Below, piece after piece: positions 9,361 to 22,545 of a stretch of 64,000 bases of DNA. Under the pieces are notes generated by a model that did no database searches, was not told the origin of the DNA, and worked only from the letters and a program-made list of their open reading frames with translations. The stretch comes from Escherichia coli (GTDB lineage: Bacteria; Pseudomonadota; Gammaproteobacteria; Enterobacterales; Enterobacteriaceae). The stretch is taken from NCBI RefSeq assembly GCF_003334315.1, contig NZ_QOWR01000009.1, one strand, 5' to 3'. Positions within the stretch are counted from its first letter, which is position 1; the number at the start of each line of letters is the position of its first letter. The position numbers and the translations under genes were made by a program.

Positions 9361-10608
9361 ATGAAAGGCAGTTATAAATCCCGTTGGGTAATCGTAATCG
9401 TGGTGGTTATCGCCGCCATCGCCGCATTCTGGTTCTGGCAAGGCCGCAATGACTCCCGGAGTGCAGCCCCAGGGGCGACGAAACAAGCGCAGCAATCGCC
9501 AGCGAGTGGTCGCCGTGGTATGCGTTCCGGCCCATTAGCCCCGGTTCAGGCGGCGACCGCCGTAGAACAGGCAGTTCCGCGTTACCTCACCGGGCTTGGC
9601 ACCATTACCGCCGCTAATACTGTTACGGTGCGCAGCCGCGTGGACGGTCAACTGATGGCGTTACATTTCCAGGAAGGCCAGCAGGTCAAAGCAGGCGATT
9701 TACTGGCAGAAATTGACCCCAGCCAGTTCAAAGTTGCATTAGCACAAGCCCAGGGCCAACTGGCAAAAGATAAAGCCACGCTTGCTAACGCCCGCCGTGA
9801 CCTGGCGCGTTATCAGCAACTGGCAAAAACCAATCTCGTATCCCGTCAGGAGCTGGATGCCCAACAGGCGCTGGTCAGTGAAACCGAAGGCACCATTAAG
9901 GCTGATGAAGCAAGCGTCGCCAGCGCGCAGCTGCAACTCGACTGGAGCCGCATCACCGCACCAGTCGATGGTCGCGTTGGTCTCAAGCAGGTTGATGTTG
10001 GTAACCAAATCTCCAGTGGTGATACCACCGGGATCGTGGTGATCACCCAGACGCATCCTATCGATTTGCTCTTTACCCTGCCGGAAAGCGATATCGCTAC
10101 CGTCGTGCAGGCGCAGAAAGCCGGAAAACCGCTGGTGGTAGAAGCCTGGGATCGCACCAACTCGAAGAAATTAAGTGAAGGCACGCTGTTAAGCCTCGAT
10201 AACCAAATCGATGCCACAACCGGTACGATTAAAGTGAAAGCACGCTTTAATAATCAGGATGATGCGCTGTTTCCCAATCAGTTTGTTAACGCGCGCATGT
10301 TAGTCGACACCGAACAAAACGCCGTAGTGATCCCATCAGCCGCCCTGCAAATGGGCAATGAAGGCCATTTTGTCTGGGTGCTGAATAGTGAAAACAAGGT
10401 CAGCAAACATCTGGTGACGCCGGGCATTCAGGACAGTCAGAAAGTGGTGATCCGTGCAGGTATTTCTGCGGGCGATCGCGTGGTGACAGACGGCATTGAT
10501 CGCCTGACCGAAGGGGCGAAAGTGGAAGTGGTGGAAGCCCAGAGCGCCACCACTCCAGAAGAGAAAGCCACCAGCCGCGAATACGCGAAAAAAGGAGCAC
10601 GCTCCTGA
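9361..10608 (+). CDS. mdtA: RND efflux membrane fusion (periplasmic adaptor) protein MdtA (415 aa); ORF-track start 9214 is an upstream extension
   Basis: Start MKGSYKSRW with signal/TM segment, HlyD-like adaptor; stop overlaps the mdtB start. Confidence 0.9.
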   Translation: MKGSYKSRWVIVIVVVIAAIAAFWFWQGRNDSRSAAPGATKQAQQSPASGRRGMRSGPLAPVQAATAVEQAVPRYLTGLGTITAANTVTVRSRVDGQLMALHFQEGQQVKAGDLLAEIDPSQFKVALAQAQGQLAKDKATLANARRDLARYQQLAKTNLVSRQELDAQQALVSETEGTIKADEASVASAQLQLDWSRITAPVDGRVGLKQVDVGNQISSGDTTGIVVITQTHPIDLLFTLPESDIATVVQAQKAGKPLVVEAWDRTNSKKLSEGTLLSLDNQIDATTGTIKVKARFNNQDDALFPNQFVNARMLVDTEQNAVVIPSAALQMGNEGHFVWVLNSENKVSKHLVTPGIQDSQKVVIRAGISAGDRVVTDGIDRLTEGAKVEVVEAQSATTPEEKATSREYAKKGARS

Positions 10609-13600
10609 TGCAGGTGTTACCCCCGAGCAGCACAGGCGGCCCGTCTCGCCTGTTTATTATGCGTCCTGTCGCCACCACGCTGCTGATGGTGGCGATCTTA
10701 CTCGCCGGGATTATCGGTTATCGCGCCCTGCCCGTTTCGGCGCTGCCGGAAGTGGACTATCCGACCATTCAGGTAGTCACGCTTTACCCAGGTGCAAGCC
10801 CGGATGTCATGACCTCTGCCGTTACCGCGCCGCTCGAGCGCCAGTTCGGGCAGATGTCTGGCCTGAAACAGATGTCGTCGCAAAGTTCCGGCGGTGCGTC
10901 AGTTATCACCTTACAGTTCCAGCTAACATTACCGCTCGATGTCGCCGAGCAGGAAGTGCAGGCCGCGATTAACGCCGCCACTAACCTGCTACCGAGCGAT
11001 CTGCCTAACCCGCCGGTTTACAGCAAAGTGAACCCGGCAGATCCGCCGATCATGACGCTCGCCGTCACCTCAACCGCCATGCCGATGACGCAAGTGGAAG
11101 ATATGGTGGAAACCCGCGTCGCGCAGAAAATCTCGCAGATTTCCGGCGTCGGCCTGGTGACGCTTTCCGGCGGTCAGCGTCCGGCTGTTCGCGTCAAACT
11201 TAACGCTCAGGCGATTGCCGCCCTCGGCCTGACCAGCGAAACCGTGCGCACCGCCATTACCGGCGCTAACGTTAACTCGGCAAAAGGTAGCCTCGACGGC
11301 CCTTCCCGTGCGGTCACGCTTTCCGCGAACGACCAGATGCAATCCGCCGAAGAGTATCGCCAGCTAATCATCGCCTACCAGAACGGCGCGCCGATTCGTC
11401 TTGGCGATGTCGCAACCGTAGAGCAAGGTGCAGAAAACAGCTGGCTTGGCGCATGGGCGAACAAAGAACAGGCCATTGTGATGAATGTTCAGCGCCAGCC
11501 CGGTGCTAACATTATCTCCACCGCCGACAGCATCCGGCAGATGCTGCCACAGCTCACCGAGAGTCTGCCGAAATCGGTGAAGGTAACAGTGCTTTCCGAT
11601 CGCACCACCAATATCCGCGCATCGGTCAACGATACCCAGTTTGAATTGATGATGGCTATCGCGCTGGTAGTCATGATTATCTACCTGTTTTTGCGCAATA
11701 TTCCGGCGACCATCATTCCCGGCTTCGCAGTGCCGCTGTCGTTAATCGGCACCTTCGCGGTCATGGTGTTTCTCGATTTTTCAATCAATAACCTGACGCT
11801 GATGGCGTTAACTATCGCCACCGGGTTCGTGGTCGATGACGCCATCGTGGTGATCGAAAATATTTCCCGCTATATCGAAAAAGGCGAAAAACCGTTGGCG
11901 GCGGCGCTCAAGGGCGCAGGTGAAATCGGCTTTACCATTATCTCGCTGACCTTCTCGCTGATTGCGGTGTTGATCCCACTGCTGTTTATGGGCGATATCG
12001 TCGGGCGACTGTTCCGCGAATTTGCTATTACCCTGGCGGTAGCGATTTTGATCTCAGCGGTGGTGTCGCTGACCCTGACACCGATGATGTGCGCGCGGAT
12101 GCTCAGCCAGGAGTCGTTGCGTAAACAGAACCGCTTCTCCCGTGCCTCGGAAAAAATGTTCGACAGGATAATCGCCGCCTATGGTCGTGGATTGGCGAAA
12201 GTGCTGAATCATCCGTGGCTGACCTTAAGCGTGGCACTCAGCACGCTGCTGCTTAGCGTGCTGCTGTGGGTGTTCATTCCGAAAGGTTTCTTCCCGGTAC
12301 AGGACAACGGCATTATTCAGGGCACTTTGCAGGCACCGCAATCCAGCTCCTTTGCCAATATGGCCCAGCGGCAACGCCAGGTCGCGGACGTGATTTTGCA
12401 GGATCCGGCAGTGCAAAGTCTGACCTCATTTGTTGGCGTTGATGGCACTAACCCGTCGCTGAACAGTGCGCGTTTGCAGATCAACCTCAAACCGCTGGAT
12501 GAACGTGATGATCGGGTGCAAAAAGTCATCGCCCGTCTGCAAACGGCGGTGGATAAAGTGCCGGGCGTCGATCTCTTCCTGCAACCAACGCAGGACCTGA
12601 CCATCGATACTCAGGTCAGCCGCACCCAGTACCAGTTTACCTTGCAGGCCACCTCACTGGATGCGCTCAGTACCTGGGTGCCAGAGTTGATGGAAAAACT
12701 CCAGCAACTGCCACAGCTTTCTGATGTCTCCAGCGACTGGCAGGACAAAGGGCTGGTGGCGTATGTCAATGTTGATCGCGACAGCGCCAGCCGTCTGGGG
12801 ATCAGCATGGCGGATGTCGATAACGCCCTGTACAACGCGTTTGGTCAGCGGCTGATTTCCACTATTTATACTCAGGCTAACCAGTATCGCGTGGTGCTGG
12901 AACACAACACCGAAAATACCCCAGGCCTCGCGGCGCTGGATACCATTCGCCTGACCAGCAGCGACGGTGGCGTGGTGCCGCTAAGCTCAATTGCCAAAAT
13001 TGAGCAGCGTTTTGCGCCGCTCTCCATCAACCATCTGGATCAGTTCCCGGTAACGACCATCTCCTTTAACGTGCCGGATAACTATTCGCTGGGTGATGCG
13101 GTGCAGGCGATTATGGACACCGAGAAGACGCTGAATCTGCCGGTGGATATCACCACGCAATTCCAGGGCAGCACCCTCGCCTTCCAGTCGGCGCTGGGCA
13201 GCACTGTCTGGCTGATTGTCGCGGCGGTGGTGGCGATGTATATCGTGCTCGGCATTCTGTACGAGAGCTTTATTCACCCGATCACCATTCTCTCGACGCT
13301 ACCCACCGCAGGGGTCGGCGCACTGCTGGCATTAATGATTGCCGGAAGTGAGCTGGATGTGATTGCGATTATCGGCATTATTTTGCTGATCGGTATCGTG
13401 AAGAAGAACGCCATCATGATGATCGACTTCGCGCTGGCTGCTGAGCGCGAGCAAGGCATGTCGCCGCGCGATGCCATCTACCAGGCTTGTCTGTTGCGTT
13501 TTCGTCCGATCCTGATGACCACCCTGGCGGCTCTGCTTGGCGCGCTGCCGCTGATGTTGAGTACCGGGGTCGGCGCGGAACTGCGTCGTCCGTTAGGTAT

Positions 13601-13730
13601 CGGCATGGTCGGCGGTCTGATTGTCAGCCAGGTGCTGACGCTGTTCACCACGCCGGTGATTTATCTGCTGTTCGACCGCCTGGCATTGTGGACCAAAAGT
13701 CGCTTTGCTCGCCATGAAGAGGAGGCGTAA
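10608..13730 (+). CDS. mdtB: RND multidrug efflux transporter subunit MdtB (1040 aa)
   Basis: AcrB-like 12-TM RND permease; expected length and position. Confidence 0.92.
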   Translation: MQVLPPSSTGGPSRLFIMRPVATTLLMVAILLAGIIGYRALPVSALPEVDYPTIQVVTLYPGASPDVMTSAVTAPLERQFGQMSGLKQMSSQSSGGASVITLQFQLTLPLDVAEQEVQAAINAATNLLPSDLPNPPVYSKVNPADPPIMTLAVTSTAMPMTQVEDMVETRVAQKISQISGVGLVTLSGGQRPAVRVKLNAQAIAALGLTSETVRTAITGANVNSAKGSLDGPSRAVTLSANDQMQSAEEYRQLIIAYQNGAPIRLGDVATVEQGAENSWLGAWANKEQAIVMNVQRQPGANIISTADSIRQMLPQLTESLPKSVKVTVLSDRTTNIRASVNDTQFELMMAIALVVMIIYLFLRNIPATIIPGFAVPLSLIGTFAVMVFLDFSINNLTLMALTIATGFVVDDAIVVIENISRYIEKGEKPLAAALKGAGEIGFTIISLTFSLIAVLIPLLFMGDIVGRLFREFAITLAVAILISAVVSLTLTPMMCARMLSQESLRKQNRFSRASEKMFDRIIAAYGRGLAKVLNHPWLTLSVALSTLLLSVLLWVFIPKGFFPVQDNGIIQGTLQAPQSSSFANMAQRQRQVADVILQDPAVQSLTSFVGVDGTNPSLNSARLQINLKPLDERDDRVQKVIARLQTAVDKVPGVDLFLQPTQDLTIDTQVSRTQYQFTLQATSLDALSTWVPELMEKLQQLPQLSDVSSDWQDKGLVAYVNVDRDSASRLGISMADVDNALYNAFGQRLISTIYTQANQYRVVLEHNTENTPGLAALDTIRLTSSDGGVVPLSSIAKIEQRFAPLSINHLDQFPVTTISFNVPDNYSLGDAVQAIMDTEKTLNLPVDITTQFQGSTLAFQSALGSTVWLIVAAVVAMYIVLGILYESFIHPITILSTLPTAGVGALLALMIAGSELDVIAIIGIILLIGIVKKNAIMMIDFALAAEREQGMSPRDAIYQACLLRFRPILMTTLAALLGALPLMLSTGVGAELRRPLGIGMVGGLIVSQVLTLFTTPVIYLLFDRLALWTKSRFARHEEEA

Positions 13731-16700
13731 GTGAAGTTTTTTGCCCTCTTCATTTACCGCCCGGTGGCGACGATTTTACTGTCGGTCGCCATTACCCTCT
13801 GCGGCATACTGGGCTTCCGTATGCTGCCGGTCGCCCCGCTGCCGCAGGTCGATTTTCCGGTGATTATGGTCAGCGCCTCGCTGCCCGGTGCGTCGCCGGA
13901 GACAATGGCGTCTTCCGTTGCCACGCCGCTGGAGCGCTCACTTGGGCGCATTGCCGGGGTTAGTGAAATGACCTCCAGTAGTTCGCTCGGCAGCACGCGG
14001 ATTATTTTGCAGTTTGATTTTGACCGGGATATCAACGGCGCAGCGCGTGATGTGCAGGCGGCGATCAACGCTGCACAAAGTTTGCTGCCCAGTGGGATGC
14101 CCAGCCGTCCGACCTATCGCAAAGCGAACCCGTCGGATGCGCCAATTATGATCCTCACGCTGACATCCGATACTTATTCTCAGGGTGAACTGTACGATTT
14201 CGCCTCGACGCAGCTGGCTCCGACGATTTCGCAAATCGACGGTGTTGGTGATGTCGATGTCGGCGGCAGCTCACTGCCCGCCGTACGCGTCGGGCTGAAT
14301 CCGCAGGCGCTGTTTAATCAGGGCGTCTCGCTGGACGACGTACGCACCGCCATCAGCAATGCCAACGTGCGTAAACCACAGGGGGCACTGGAAGATGGCA
14401 CTCACCGCTGGCAGATCCAGACCAATGATGAGCTAAAAACCGCCGCTGAATATCAGCCGTTGATTATTCATTACAACAACGGCGGCGCGGTTCGTCTGGG
14501 TGATGTGGCGACGGTGACTGACTCGGTGCAGGATGTGCGCAACGCCGGGATGACCAACGCCAAACCAGCTATTTTGCTGATGATCCGCAAGCTGCCGGAA
14601 GCCAATATTATCCAGACGGTTGACAGCATCCGGGCAAAATTACCGGAGTTGCAGGAGACCATTCCGGCGGCGATTGATCTGCAAATTGCCCAGGATCGCT
14701 CCCCCACCATTCGCGCCTCGCTGGAAGAAGTCGAGCAAACGCTGATTATCTCGGTGGCGCTGGTGATTCTGGTGGTGTTTTTATTCCTGCGCTCGGGTCG
14801 CGCCACTATTATTCCCGCCGTTGTGGTGCCGGTTTCGCTGATTGGTACGTTTGCGGCGATGTACCTGTGCGGATTCAGTCTCAATAACCTGTCGTTAATG
14901 GCGCTCACCATCGCTACTGGTTTCGTGGTGGATGACGCCATCGTGGTGCTGGAAAACATTGCCCGTCATCTGGAAGCGGGGATGAAACCACTACAGGCCG
15001 CGCTACAAGGTACTCGCGAAGTCGGCTTTACGGTGCTGTCGATGAGTCTGTCACTGGTGGCGGTGTTCCTGCCGCTGCTGTTGATGGGCGGATTGCCGGG
15101 CCGACTGTTACGCGAGTTTGCCGTGACGCTTTCTGTCGCCATTGGTATTTCGTTACTGGTTTCTCTGACATTAACGCCAATGATGTGTGGCTGGATGCTG
15201 AAAGCCAGCAAGCCGCGCGAGCAAAAGCGACTACGTGGTTTTGGTCGCATGTTGGTAGCCCTGCAACAAGGCTACGGCAAGTCACTGAAATGGGTGCTCA
15301 ATCATACCCGTCTGGTGGGCGTGGTGCTGCTTGGCACCATTGCGCTGAATATCTGGCTGTATATCTCGATCCCGAAAACCTTCTTCCCGGAGCAGGACAC
15401 TGGCGTGTTGATGGGCGGGATTCAGGCGGATCAGAGTATTTCGTTTCAGGCGATGCGCGGTAAGTTGCAGGATTTCATGAAAATTATCCGTGACGATCCG
15501 GCAGTGGATAATGTCACCGGCTTTACAGGCGGTTCGCGAGTGAACAGCGGGATGATGTTTATCACCCTCAAGCCACGCGACGAACGCAGCGAAACGGCGC
15601 AGCAAATTATCGACCGTCTGCGCGTAAAACTGGCGAAAGAACCGGGGGCGAATCTGTTCCTGATGGCGGTACAGGATATTCGCGTTGGTGGGCGTCAGTC
15701 GAACGCCAGCTACCAGTACACGTTGTTATCCGACGACCTGGCGGCACTGCGCGAATGGGAGCCGAAAATCCGCAAAAAACTGGCGACGTTGCCGGAACTG
15801 GCGGACGTGAACTCCGATCAGCAGGATAACGGCGCGGAGATGAATCTGGTTTACGACCGCGACACCATGGCACGGCTGGGAATCGACGTACAAGCCGCCA
15901 ACAGCCTGTTAAATAACGCCTTCGGTCAGCGGCAAATCTCGACCATTTACCAGCCGATGAACCAGTATAAAGTGGTGATGGAAGTGGATCCGCGCTATAC
16001 CCAGGACATCAGCGCGCTGGAAAAAATGTTCGTTATCAATAACGAAGGAAAAGCGATCCCGCTGTCGTATTTCGCTAAATGGCAACCGGCGAATGCCCCA
16101 CTATCGGTGAATCATCAGGGATTATCGGCGGCCTCGACCATTTCGTTTAACCTGCCGACCGGAAAATCGCTCTCGGACGCCAGTGCGGCGATCGATCGCG
16201 CAATGACCCAGCTTGGTGTGCCTTCGACGGTGCGCGGCAGTTTTGCCGGCACGGCGCAGGTGTTCCAGGAGACGATGAACTCGCAGGTGATCCTGATTAT
16301 CGCCGCCATCGCCACGGTGTATATCGTGCTGGGTATCCTTTACGAGAGTTACGTACATCCGCTGACGATTCTCTCCACCCTGCCCTCGGCGGGCGTTGGA
16401 GCGCTGCTGGCGCTGGAGCTGTTCAATGCCCCGTTCAGCCTAATCGCCCTGATAGGGATCATGCTATTAATCGGCATCGTGAAGAAAAACGCCATTATGA
16501 TGGTCGATTTTGCGCTTGAAGCCCAACGGCACGGTAACCTGACGCCGCAGGAAGCTATTTTCCAGGCCTGTCTGCTGCGTTTTCGCCCGATTATGATGAC
16601 TACCCTGGCGGCGCTGTTTGGTGCGCTGCCGCTGGTATTGTCGGGCGGCGACGGCTCGGAGCTGCGGCAACCCCTGGGGATCACCATTGTCGGCGGACTG

Positions 16701-16808
16701 GTAATGAGCCAGCTCCTTACGCTGTATACCACGCCGGTGGTGTATCTCTTTTTCGACCGTCTGCAGCTGCGTTTTTCGCGTAAACCTAAACAAACGGTAA
16801 CCGAGTAA
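13731..16808 (+). CDS. mdtC: RND multidrug efflux transporter subunit MdtC (1025 aa)
   Basis: Second AcrB-like RND permease, paralogous to MdtB. Confidence 0.92.
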   Translation: MKFFALFIYRPVATILLSVAITLCGILGFRMLPVAPLPQVDFPVIMVSASLPGASPETMASSVATPLERSLGRIAGVSEMTSSSSLGSTRIILQFDFDRDINGAARDVQAAINAAQSLLPSGMPSRPTYRKANPSDAPIMILTLTSDTYSQGELYDFASTQLAPTISQIDGVGDVDVGGSSLPAVRVGLNPQALFNQGVSLDDVRTAISNANVRKPQGALEDGTHRWQIQTNDELKTAAEYQPLIIHYNNGGAVRLGDVATVTDSVQDVRNAGMTNAKPAILLMIRKLPEANIIQTVDSIRAKLPELQETIPAAIDLQIAQDRSPTIRASLEEVEQTLIISVALVILVVFLFLRSGRATIIPAVVVPVSLIGTFAAMYLCGFSLNNLSLMALTIATGFVVDDAIVVLENIARHLEAGMKPLQAALQGTREVGFTVLSMSLSLVAVFLPLLLMGGLPGRLLREFAVTLSVAIGISLLVSLTLTPMMCGWMLKASKPREQKRLRGFGRMLVALQQGYGKSLKWVLNHTRLVGVVLLGTIALNIWLYISIPKTFFPEQDTGVLMGGIQADQSISFQAMRGKLQDFMKIIRDDPAVDNVTGFTGGSRVNSGMMFITLKPRDERSETAQQIIDRLRVKLAKEPGANLFLMAVQDIRVGGRQSNASYQYTLLSDDLAALREWEPKIRKKLATLPELADVNSDQQDNGAEMNLVYDRDTMARLGIDVQAANSLLNNAFGQRQISTIYQPMNQYKVVMEVDPRYTQDISALEKMFVINNEGKAIPLSYFAKWQPANAPLSVNHQGLSAASTISFNLPTGKSLSDASAAIDRAMTQLGVPSTVRGSFAGTAQVFQETMNSQVILIIAAIATVYIVLGILYESYVHPLTILSTLPSAGVGALLALELFNAPFSLIALIGIMLLIGIVKKNAIMMVDFALEAQRHGNLTPQEAIFQACLLRFRPIMMTTLAALFGALPLVLSGGDGSELRQPLGITIVGGLVMSQLLTLYTTPVVYLFFDRLQLRFSRKPKQTVTE

Positions 16809-18224
16809 ATGACAGATCTTCCCGACAGCACCCGTTGGCAATTGTGGATTGTGGCTTTCGGCTTCTTTATGCAGTCGCTGGACACCACCATCGTAAACAC
16901 CGCCCTTCCCTCAATGGCGCAAAGCCTCGGGGAAAGTCCGTTGCATATGCACATGGTCATTGTCTCTTATGTGCTGACCGTGGCGGTGATGCTGCCCGCC
17001 AGCGGCTGGCTGGCGGACAAAGTCGGCGTGCGCAATATTTTCTTTACCGCCATCGTGCTGTTTACTCTCGGTTCACTGTTTTGCGCGCTTTCCGGCACGC
17101 TGAACGAACTGTTGCTGGCACGCGCGTTACAGGGCGTTGGCGGCGCGATGATGGTGCCGGTCGGCAGATTGACGGTGATGAAAATCGTACCGCGCGAGCA
17201 ATATATGGCGGCGATGACCTTTGTCACGTTACCCGGTCAGGTCGGTCCGCTGCTCGGTCCGGCGCTCGGCGGTCTGCTGGTGGAGTACGCATCGTGGCAC
17301 TGGATCTTTTTGATCAACATTCCGGTGGGGATTATCGGTGCGATCGCCACATTGCTGTTAATGCCAAACTACACCATGCAGACGCGGCGCTTTGATCTCT
17401 CCGGATTTTTATTGCTGGCGGTTGGCATGGCGGTATTAACCCTGGCGCTGGACGGCAGTAAAGGTACAGGTTTATCGCCGCTGACGATTGCAGGCCTGGT
17501 CGCAGTTGGCGTGGTGGCACTGGTGCTTTATCTGCTGCACGCCAGAAATAACAACCGTGCCCTGTTCAGTCTGAAACTGTTCCGTACTCGTACCTTTTCG
17601 CTGGGCCTGGCGGGGAGCTTTGCCGGACGTATTGGCAGTGGCATGTTGCCCTTTATGACACCGGTTTTCCTGCAAATTGGCCTCGGTTTCTCGCCGTTTC
17701 ATGCCGGACTGATGATGATCCCGATGGTGCTTGGCAGCATGGGAATGAAGCGAATTGTGGTACAGGTGGTGAATCGCTTTGGTTATCGTCGGGTACTGGT
17801 AGCGACCACGCTGGGTCTGTCGCTGGTCACCCTGTTGTTTATGACTACCGCCCTGCTGGGCTGGTACTACGTTTTGCCGTTCGTCCTGTTTTTACAAGGG
17901 ATGGTCAACTCGACGCGTTTCTCCTCCATGAACACCCTGACGCTGAAAGATCTCCCGGACAATCTGGCGAGCAGCGGCAACAGCCTGCTGTCGATGATTA
18001 TGCAATTGTCGATGAGTATCGGCGTCACTATCGCCGGGCTGTTGCTGGGACTTTTTGGTTCACAGCATGTCAGCGTCGACAGCGGCACCACACAAACCGT
18101 CTTTATGTACACCTGGCTTAGCATGGCGTTGATCATCGCCCTTCCGGCGTTCATCTTTGCCAGAGTGCCGAACGATACGCATCAAAATGTAGCTATTTCG
18201 CGGCGAAAAAGGAGCGCGCAATGA
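16809..18224 (+). CDS. mdtD: MFS transporter MdtD (471 aa)
   Basis: 14-TM-type MFS profile; last gene before baeS, with 4-nt overlap. Confidence 0.9.
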   Translation: MTDLPDSTRWQLWIVAFGFFMQSLDTTIVNTALPSMAQSLGESPLHMHMVIVSYVLTVAVMLPASGWLADKVGVRNIFFTAIVLFTLGSLFCALSGTLNELLLARALQGVGGAMMVPVGRLTVMKIVPREQYMAAMTFVTLPGQVGPLLGPALGGLLVEYASWHWIFLINIPVGIIGAIATLLLMPNYTMQTRRFDLSGFLLLAVGMAVLTLALDGSKGTGLSPLTIAGLVAVGVVALVLYLLHARNNNRALFSLKLFRTRTFSLGLAGSFAGRIGSGMLPFMTPVFLQIGLGFSPFHAGLMMIPMVLGSMGMKRIVVQVVNRFGYRRVLVATTLGLSLVTLLFMTTALLGWYYVLPFVLFLQGMVNSTRFSSMNTLTLKDLPDNLASSGNSLLSMIMQLSMSIGVTIAGLLLGLFGSQHVSVDSGTTQTVFMYTWLSMALIIALPAFIFARVPNDTHQNVAISRRKRSAQ

Positions 18225-19624
18225 AGTTCTGGCGACCCGGTATTACCGGCAAACTGTTTCTGGCGATTTTCGCCACCTGCATTGTCTTGCTGATCAGTAT
18301 GCACTGGGCGGTGCGTATCAGTTTTGAGCGTGGCTTTATTGATTACATCAAGCATGGTAATGAACAGCGATTACAACTGTTAAGTGATGCGCTTGGCGAG
18401 CAGTATGCGCAGCATGGCAACTGGCGCTTCCTGCGCAACAATGATCGCTTTGTCTTTCAGATCCTGCGTTCATTTGAACACGATAATTCGGAAGATAAAC
18501 CCGGCCCGGGTATGCCACCGCACGGCTGGCGTACCCAGTTCTGGGTGGTTGATCAAAACAACAAAGTGCTGGTTGGTCCGCGAGCGCCGATTCCACCTGA
18601 CGGTACACGGCGACCCATTCTGGTCAACGGTGCGGAAGTTGGCGCGGTGATCGCCTCCCCCGTTGAGCGGTTAACGCGCAATACTGATATCAATTTCGAT
18701 AAACAACAGCGGCAAACCAGCTGGTTGATTGTCGCCCTGGCAACGTTACTCGCGGCACTTGCCACTTTTCTGCTGGCGCGCGGTTTACTGGCACCGGTAA
18801 AACGACTTGTCGATGGCACGCACAAACTGGCGGCGGGCGATTTCACTACCCGCGTAACGCCCACCAGTGAAGATGAACTGGGCAAACTGGCGCAAGACTT
18901 CAACCAGCTTGCCAGCACACTGGAGAAAAACCAGCAAATGCGGCGCGATTTTATGGCCGATATTTCTCACGAACTGCGTACGCCATTAGCGGTGCTGCGC
19001 GGTGAACTGGAAGCCATTCAGGATGGCGTGCGTAAATTCACGCCGGAGACGGTGGCGTCTTTACAGGCGGAGGTCGGTACACTGACCAAACTGGTTGACG
19101 ATCTCCATCAGTTGTCGATGTCTGATGAAGGCGCTCTCGCCTATCAAAAAGCACCGGTAGATTTGATCCCACTGCTGGAAGTGGCGGGCGGCGCATTTCG
19201 CGAACGATTCGCCAGTCGTGGCCTGAAACTGCAATTTTCCCTGCCAGACAGTATTACCGTATTTGGCGATCGCGACCGTTTAATGCAGTTATTCAATAAC
19301 TTACTGGAAAACAGCCTGCGCTACACTGACAGCGGCGGCAGCCTGCAAATCTCTGCCGGGCAGCGCGACAAAACGGTGCGCCTGACCTTTGCCGACAGTG
19401 CGCCAGGTGTCAGTGACGATCAGCTACAAAAATTGTTTGAACGTTTTTATCGCACCGAAGGTTCCCGCAACCGTGCCAGCGGCGGTTCCGGGCTGGGGCT
19501 GGCGATTTGCCTGAACATTGTTGAAGCACATAATGGTCGCATTATTGCTGCCCATTCGCCTTTTGGCGGGGTAAGCATTACAGTAGAGTTACCGCTGGAA
19601 CGGGATTTACAGAGAGAAGTATGA
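18221..19624 (+). CDS. baeS: Envelope-stress sensor histidine kinase BaeS (467 aa)
   Basis: HAMP, H-box [10 protein letters not shown]-box GSGLGLAI. Confidence 0.92.
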
Positions 19625-20343
19625 CCGAGTTACCAATCGACGAAAACACACCGCGTATTTTGATCGTGGAAGATGAACCGAAGCTGGGGCAGTTGCTCAT
19701 TGATTATCTGCGTGCTGCGAGCTATGCGCCGACGCTTATCAGCCACGGCGATCAGGTACTGCCGTATGTGCGCCAGACACCACCGGATCTGATCCTGTTA
19801 GATCTGATGCTCCCTGGCACCGATGGCCTGACGCTGTGCCGGGAAATTCGTCGTTTTTCTGACATTCCGATCGTGATGGTGACGGCAAAAATCGAAGAGA
19901 TCGATCGCCTGCTGGGGCTGGAGATTGGCGCAGATGATTATATCTGTAAGCCGTACAGCCCACGGGAAGTGGTAGCGCGCGTCAAAACCATTTTGCGCCG
20001 TTGCAAACCGCAGCGCGAGTTGCAGCAACAGGATGCTGAAAGCCCGTTGATTATCGACGAAGGTCGTTTTCAGGCTTCATGGCGCGGTAAAATGCTTGAC
20101 CTGACGCCTGCGGAATTTCGTCTGCTGAAAACGCTCTCTCACGAACCAGGAAAAGTGTTCTCCCGCGAGCAATTGCTCAATCATCTTTATGACGACTACC
20201 GCGTAGTAACCGACCGCACCATCGACAGCCACATTAAAAACCTGCGCCGCAAGCTGGAATCTCTCGACGCCGAACAGTCATTTATCCGCGCCGTTTATGG
20301 CGTCGGTTACCGCTGGGAAGCCGACGCCTGCCGCATCGTTTAG
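19621..20343 (+). CDS. baeR: OmpR-family response regulator BaeR (240 aa)
   Basis: Receiver domain ([18 protein letters not shown]) and winged-helix C-terminus; 4-nt overlap with baeS. Confidence 0.92.
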
Positions 20344-20480
20344 TTTTAGCGACATTATTTTGTTAGCCGGAGATGGCGTTCAGACCAGATCCGGCAACAT
20401 TATCCCACGCATGGTCAGCAAACTGACATTATCTCTCCGCCCTGGCAGGCATCAGAAAATCGCTCATACTTTAATCGGTA

Positions 20481-20505
20481 AACAGCACCTTTAGATGCTG
20501 TTTTC
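20481..20505 (+). terminator. Rho-independent terminator downstream of baeR
   Basis: AACAGCA ... TGCTGTT hairpin followed by TTTT. Confidence 0.55.
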
Positions 20506-20533
20506 GATACACAATTTCAATCAAGGAGTCATT

Positions 20534-20866
20534 ATGGCTGGTTGGTTTGAACTCAGTAAGAGCAGTGATAATCAGTTCCGGTTTGTGCTAAAAGCGGGCA
20601 ATGGTGAGACTATCCTCACCAGCGAGCTTTATACCTCAAAAGCCTCTGCGGAAAAGGGCATCGCGTCGGTGCGTAGCAACAGCCCGCAAGAAGAACGCTA
20701 TGAGAAAAAAACGGCAAGTAACGGCAAATTCTATTTCAATCTGAAAGCCGCTAATCATCAAATTATCGGCTCCAGCCAGATGTACGCCACCGCGCAATCT
20801 CGTGAAACCGGAATTGCCTCCGTTAAAGCCAATGGCACAAGCCAGACGGTGAAAGACAATACGTAA
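20534..20866 (+). CDS. yegP: Small conserved protein YegP (110 aa), tandem-duplicated small domain
   Basis: ATG at 20534 preceded by AAGGAG; two internal repeats (KASAEKGIASVRSN / RETGIASVKAN). Confidence 0.85.
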   Translation: MAGWFELSKSSDNQFRFVLKAGNGETILTSELYTSKASAEKGIASVRSNSPQEERYEKKTASNGKFYFNLKAANHQIIGSSQMYATAQSRETGIASVKANGTSQTVKDNT

Positions 20867-21012
20867 TTACGATGCCGGGCGTGGGTTGTTGGCGTCCGGC
20901 GCTTTACCAGATCCCCCCACAGCGCTACAATGCCCGCCCTTAAAGTGGGGGCACTCCCCTAACCGCTTCATCAGGTGAAGCGGATCTGACCTGTCATCAG
21001 AACGAGAGAATT

Positions 21013-22374
21013 ATGTTTAAACCGGAACTCCTTTCCCCGGCGGGAACGCTGAAAAATATGCGTTACGCTTTCGCTTATGGCGCAGATGCTGTTTATGCGG
21101 GCCAGCCGCGTTACTCCCTGCGTGTGCGCAACAACGAATTCAACCACGAAAATCTTCAGCTCGGCATCAATGAAGCCCACGCGCTGGGGAAAAAGTTTTA
21201 TGTCGTGGTCAACATTGCACCGCACAACGCCAAGCTGAAAACCTTTATCCGTGACCTGAAACCGGTGGTGGAAATGGGGCCGGATGCGCTGATTATGTCC
21301 GATCCAGGGCTGATTATGCTGGTGCGTGAGCACTTCCCTGAAATGCCGATCCACCTCTCGGTGCAGGCTAACGCCGTAAACTGGGCGACGGTGAAATTCT
21401 GGCAGCAAATGGGCCTGACCCGCGTGATCCTCTCTCGCGAGCTGTCGCTGGAAGAGATTGAAGAGATCCGCAATCAGGTGCCGGATATGGAGATCGAGAT
21501 CTTCGTTCACGGCGCACTGTGCATGGCCTACTCCGGTCGCTGCCTGCTCTCTGGCTATATCAACAAGCGCGATCCGAACCAGGGTACCTGCACCAACGCC
21601 TGCCGCTGGGAGTACAACGTCCAGGAAGGGAAAGAAGATGACGTTGGCAACATCGTACACAAGTACGAGCCGATTCCGGTGCAAAATGTTGAGCCGACGC
21701 TGGGTATCGGCGCGCCAACCGACAAAGTGTTTATGATCGAAGAAGCCCAGCGTCCGGGCGAGTATATGACCGCGTTTGAAGATGAGCACGGCACTTACAT
21801 CATGAACTCGAAAGATCTGCGCGCCATCGCCCATGTAGAACGCCTGACCAAAATGGGCGTGCATTCGCTGAAAATCGAAGGCCGTACTAAATCTTTCTAC
21901 TATTGCGCACGCACCGCACAGGTTTACCGTAAAGCTATCGATGACGCCGCTGCGGGCAAACCGTTCGATACCAGCCTGCTGGAAACTCTGGAAGGTCTGG
22001 CGCATCGTGGCTATACCGAAGGTTTCCTGCGTCGTCATACTCACGACGATTATCAGAACTACGAATACGGTTATTCAGTTTCTGACCGCCAGCAGTTTGT
22101 TGGTGAGTTTACCGGTGAGCGCAAGGGGGACCTCGCGGCGGTAGCGGTGAAAAATAAATTCTCCGTTGGCGACAGCCTTGAGCTGATGACGCCGCAAGGC
22201 AACATTAACTTTACCCTTGAGCACATGGAAAACGCCAAAGGTGAAGCGATGCCGGTCGCACCAGGCGATGGTTATACTGTGTGGCTCCCGGTCCCGCAGG
22301 ATCTTGAGCTCAATTACGCTCTGCTGATGCGTAATTTCTCCGGGGAAACCACGCGTAACCCACACGGTAAGTGA
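21013..22374 (+). CDS. yegQ: Peptidase U32-family protein (453 aa), YegQ/TrhP-type tRNA-modification protein
   Basis: U32 family signature region (HGALCMAYSGRCLLSGY). Confidence 0.88.
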   Translation: MFKPELLSPAGTLKNMRYAFAYGADAVYAGQPRYSLRVRNNEFNHENLQLGINEAHALGKKFYVVVNIAPHNAKLKTFIRDLKPVVEMGPDALIMSDPGLIMLVREHFPEMPIHLSVQANAVNWATVKFWQQMGLTRVILSRELSLEEIEEIRNQVPDMEIEIFVHGALCMAYSGRCLLSGYINKRDPNQGTCTNACRWEYNVQEGKEDDVGNIVHKYEPIPVQNVEPTLGIGAPTDKVFMIEEAQRPGEYMTAFEDEHGTYIMNSKDLRAIAHVERLTKMGVHSLKIEGRTKSFYYCARTAQVYRKAIDDAAAGKPFDTSLLETLEGLAHRGYTEGFLRRHTHDDYQNYEYGYSVSDRQQFVGEFTGERKGDLAAVAVKNKFSVGDSLELMTPQGNINFTLEHMENAKGEAMPVAPGDGYTVWLPVPQDLELNYALLMRNFSGETTRNPHGK

Positions 22375-22458
22375 TTAATTTCGATTATTTTTCCCGGATG
22401 GAAAATTCTTAGAAACCGATCACATACAGCTGCATTTATTAAGGTTATCATCCGTTTC

Positions 22459-22545
22459 GCTGAAAAACATAACCCATAAAATGCTAGCTGTACCAGGAAC
22501 CACCTCCTTAGCCTGTGTAATCTCCCTTACACGGGCTTATTTTTT
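22459..22545 (+). ncRNA. cyaR: CyaR (RyeE) Hfq-dependent sRNA
   Basis: Begins GCTGAAAAACATAACCCATAAAATGCTAGCTGTACCAGGAACCACCTCCTTAGCC and ends in a hairpin plus TTTTTT; matches the CyaR sequence as I recall it. Confidence 0.8.

Noticed and set aside
20971-22044. 357-aa ORF antisense to yegQ, and similar long antisense ORFs at 16349..16960 (vs mdtC/mdtD) and 52549..53280 (vs metG)
   Set aside because: They lie entirely inside well-supported genes on the opposite strand, have no recognisable domains, and are the usual by-product of GC-rich codon usage.
22380-22458. CRP site upstream of cyaR
   Set aside because: Only one good half-site (TCACA in AAACCGATCACATAC) is visible and the second half is degenerate, so it is not called as a feature although CyaR is expected to be CRP-dependent.
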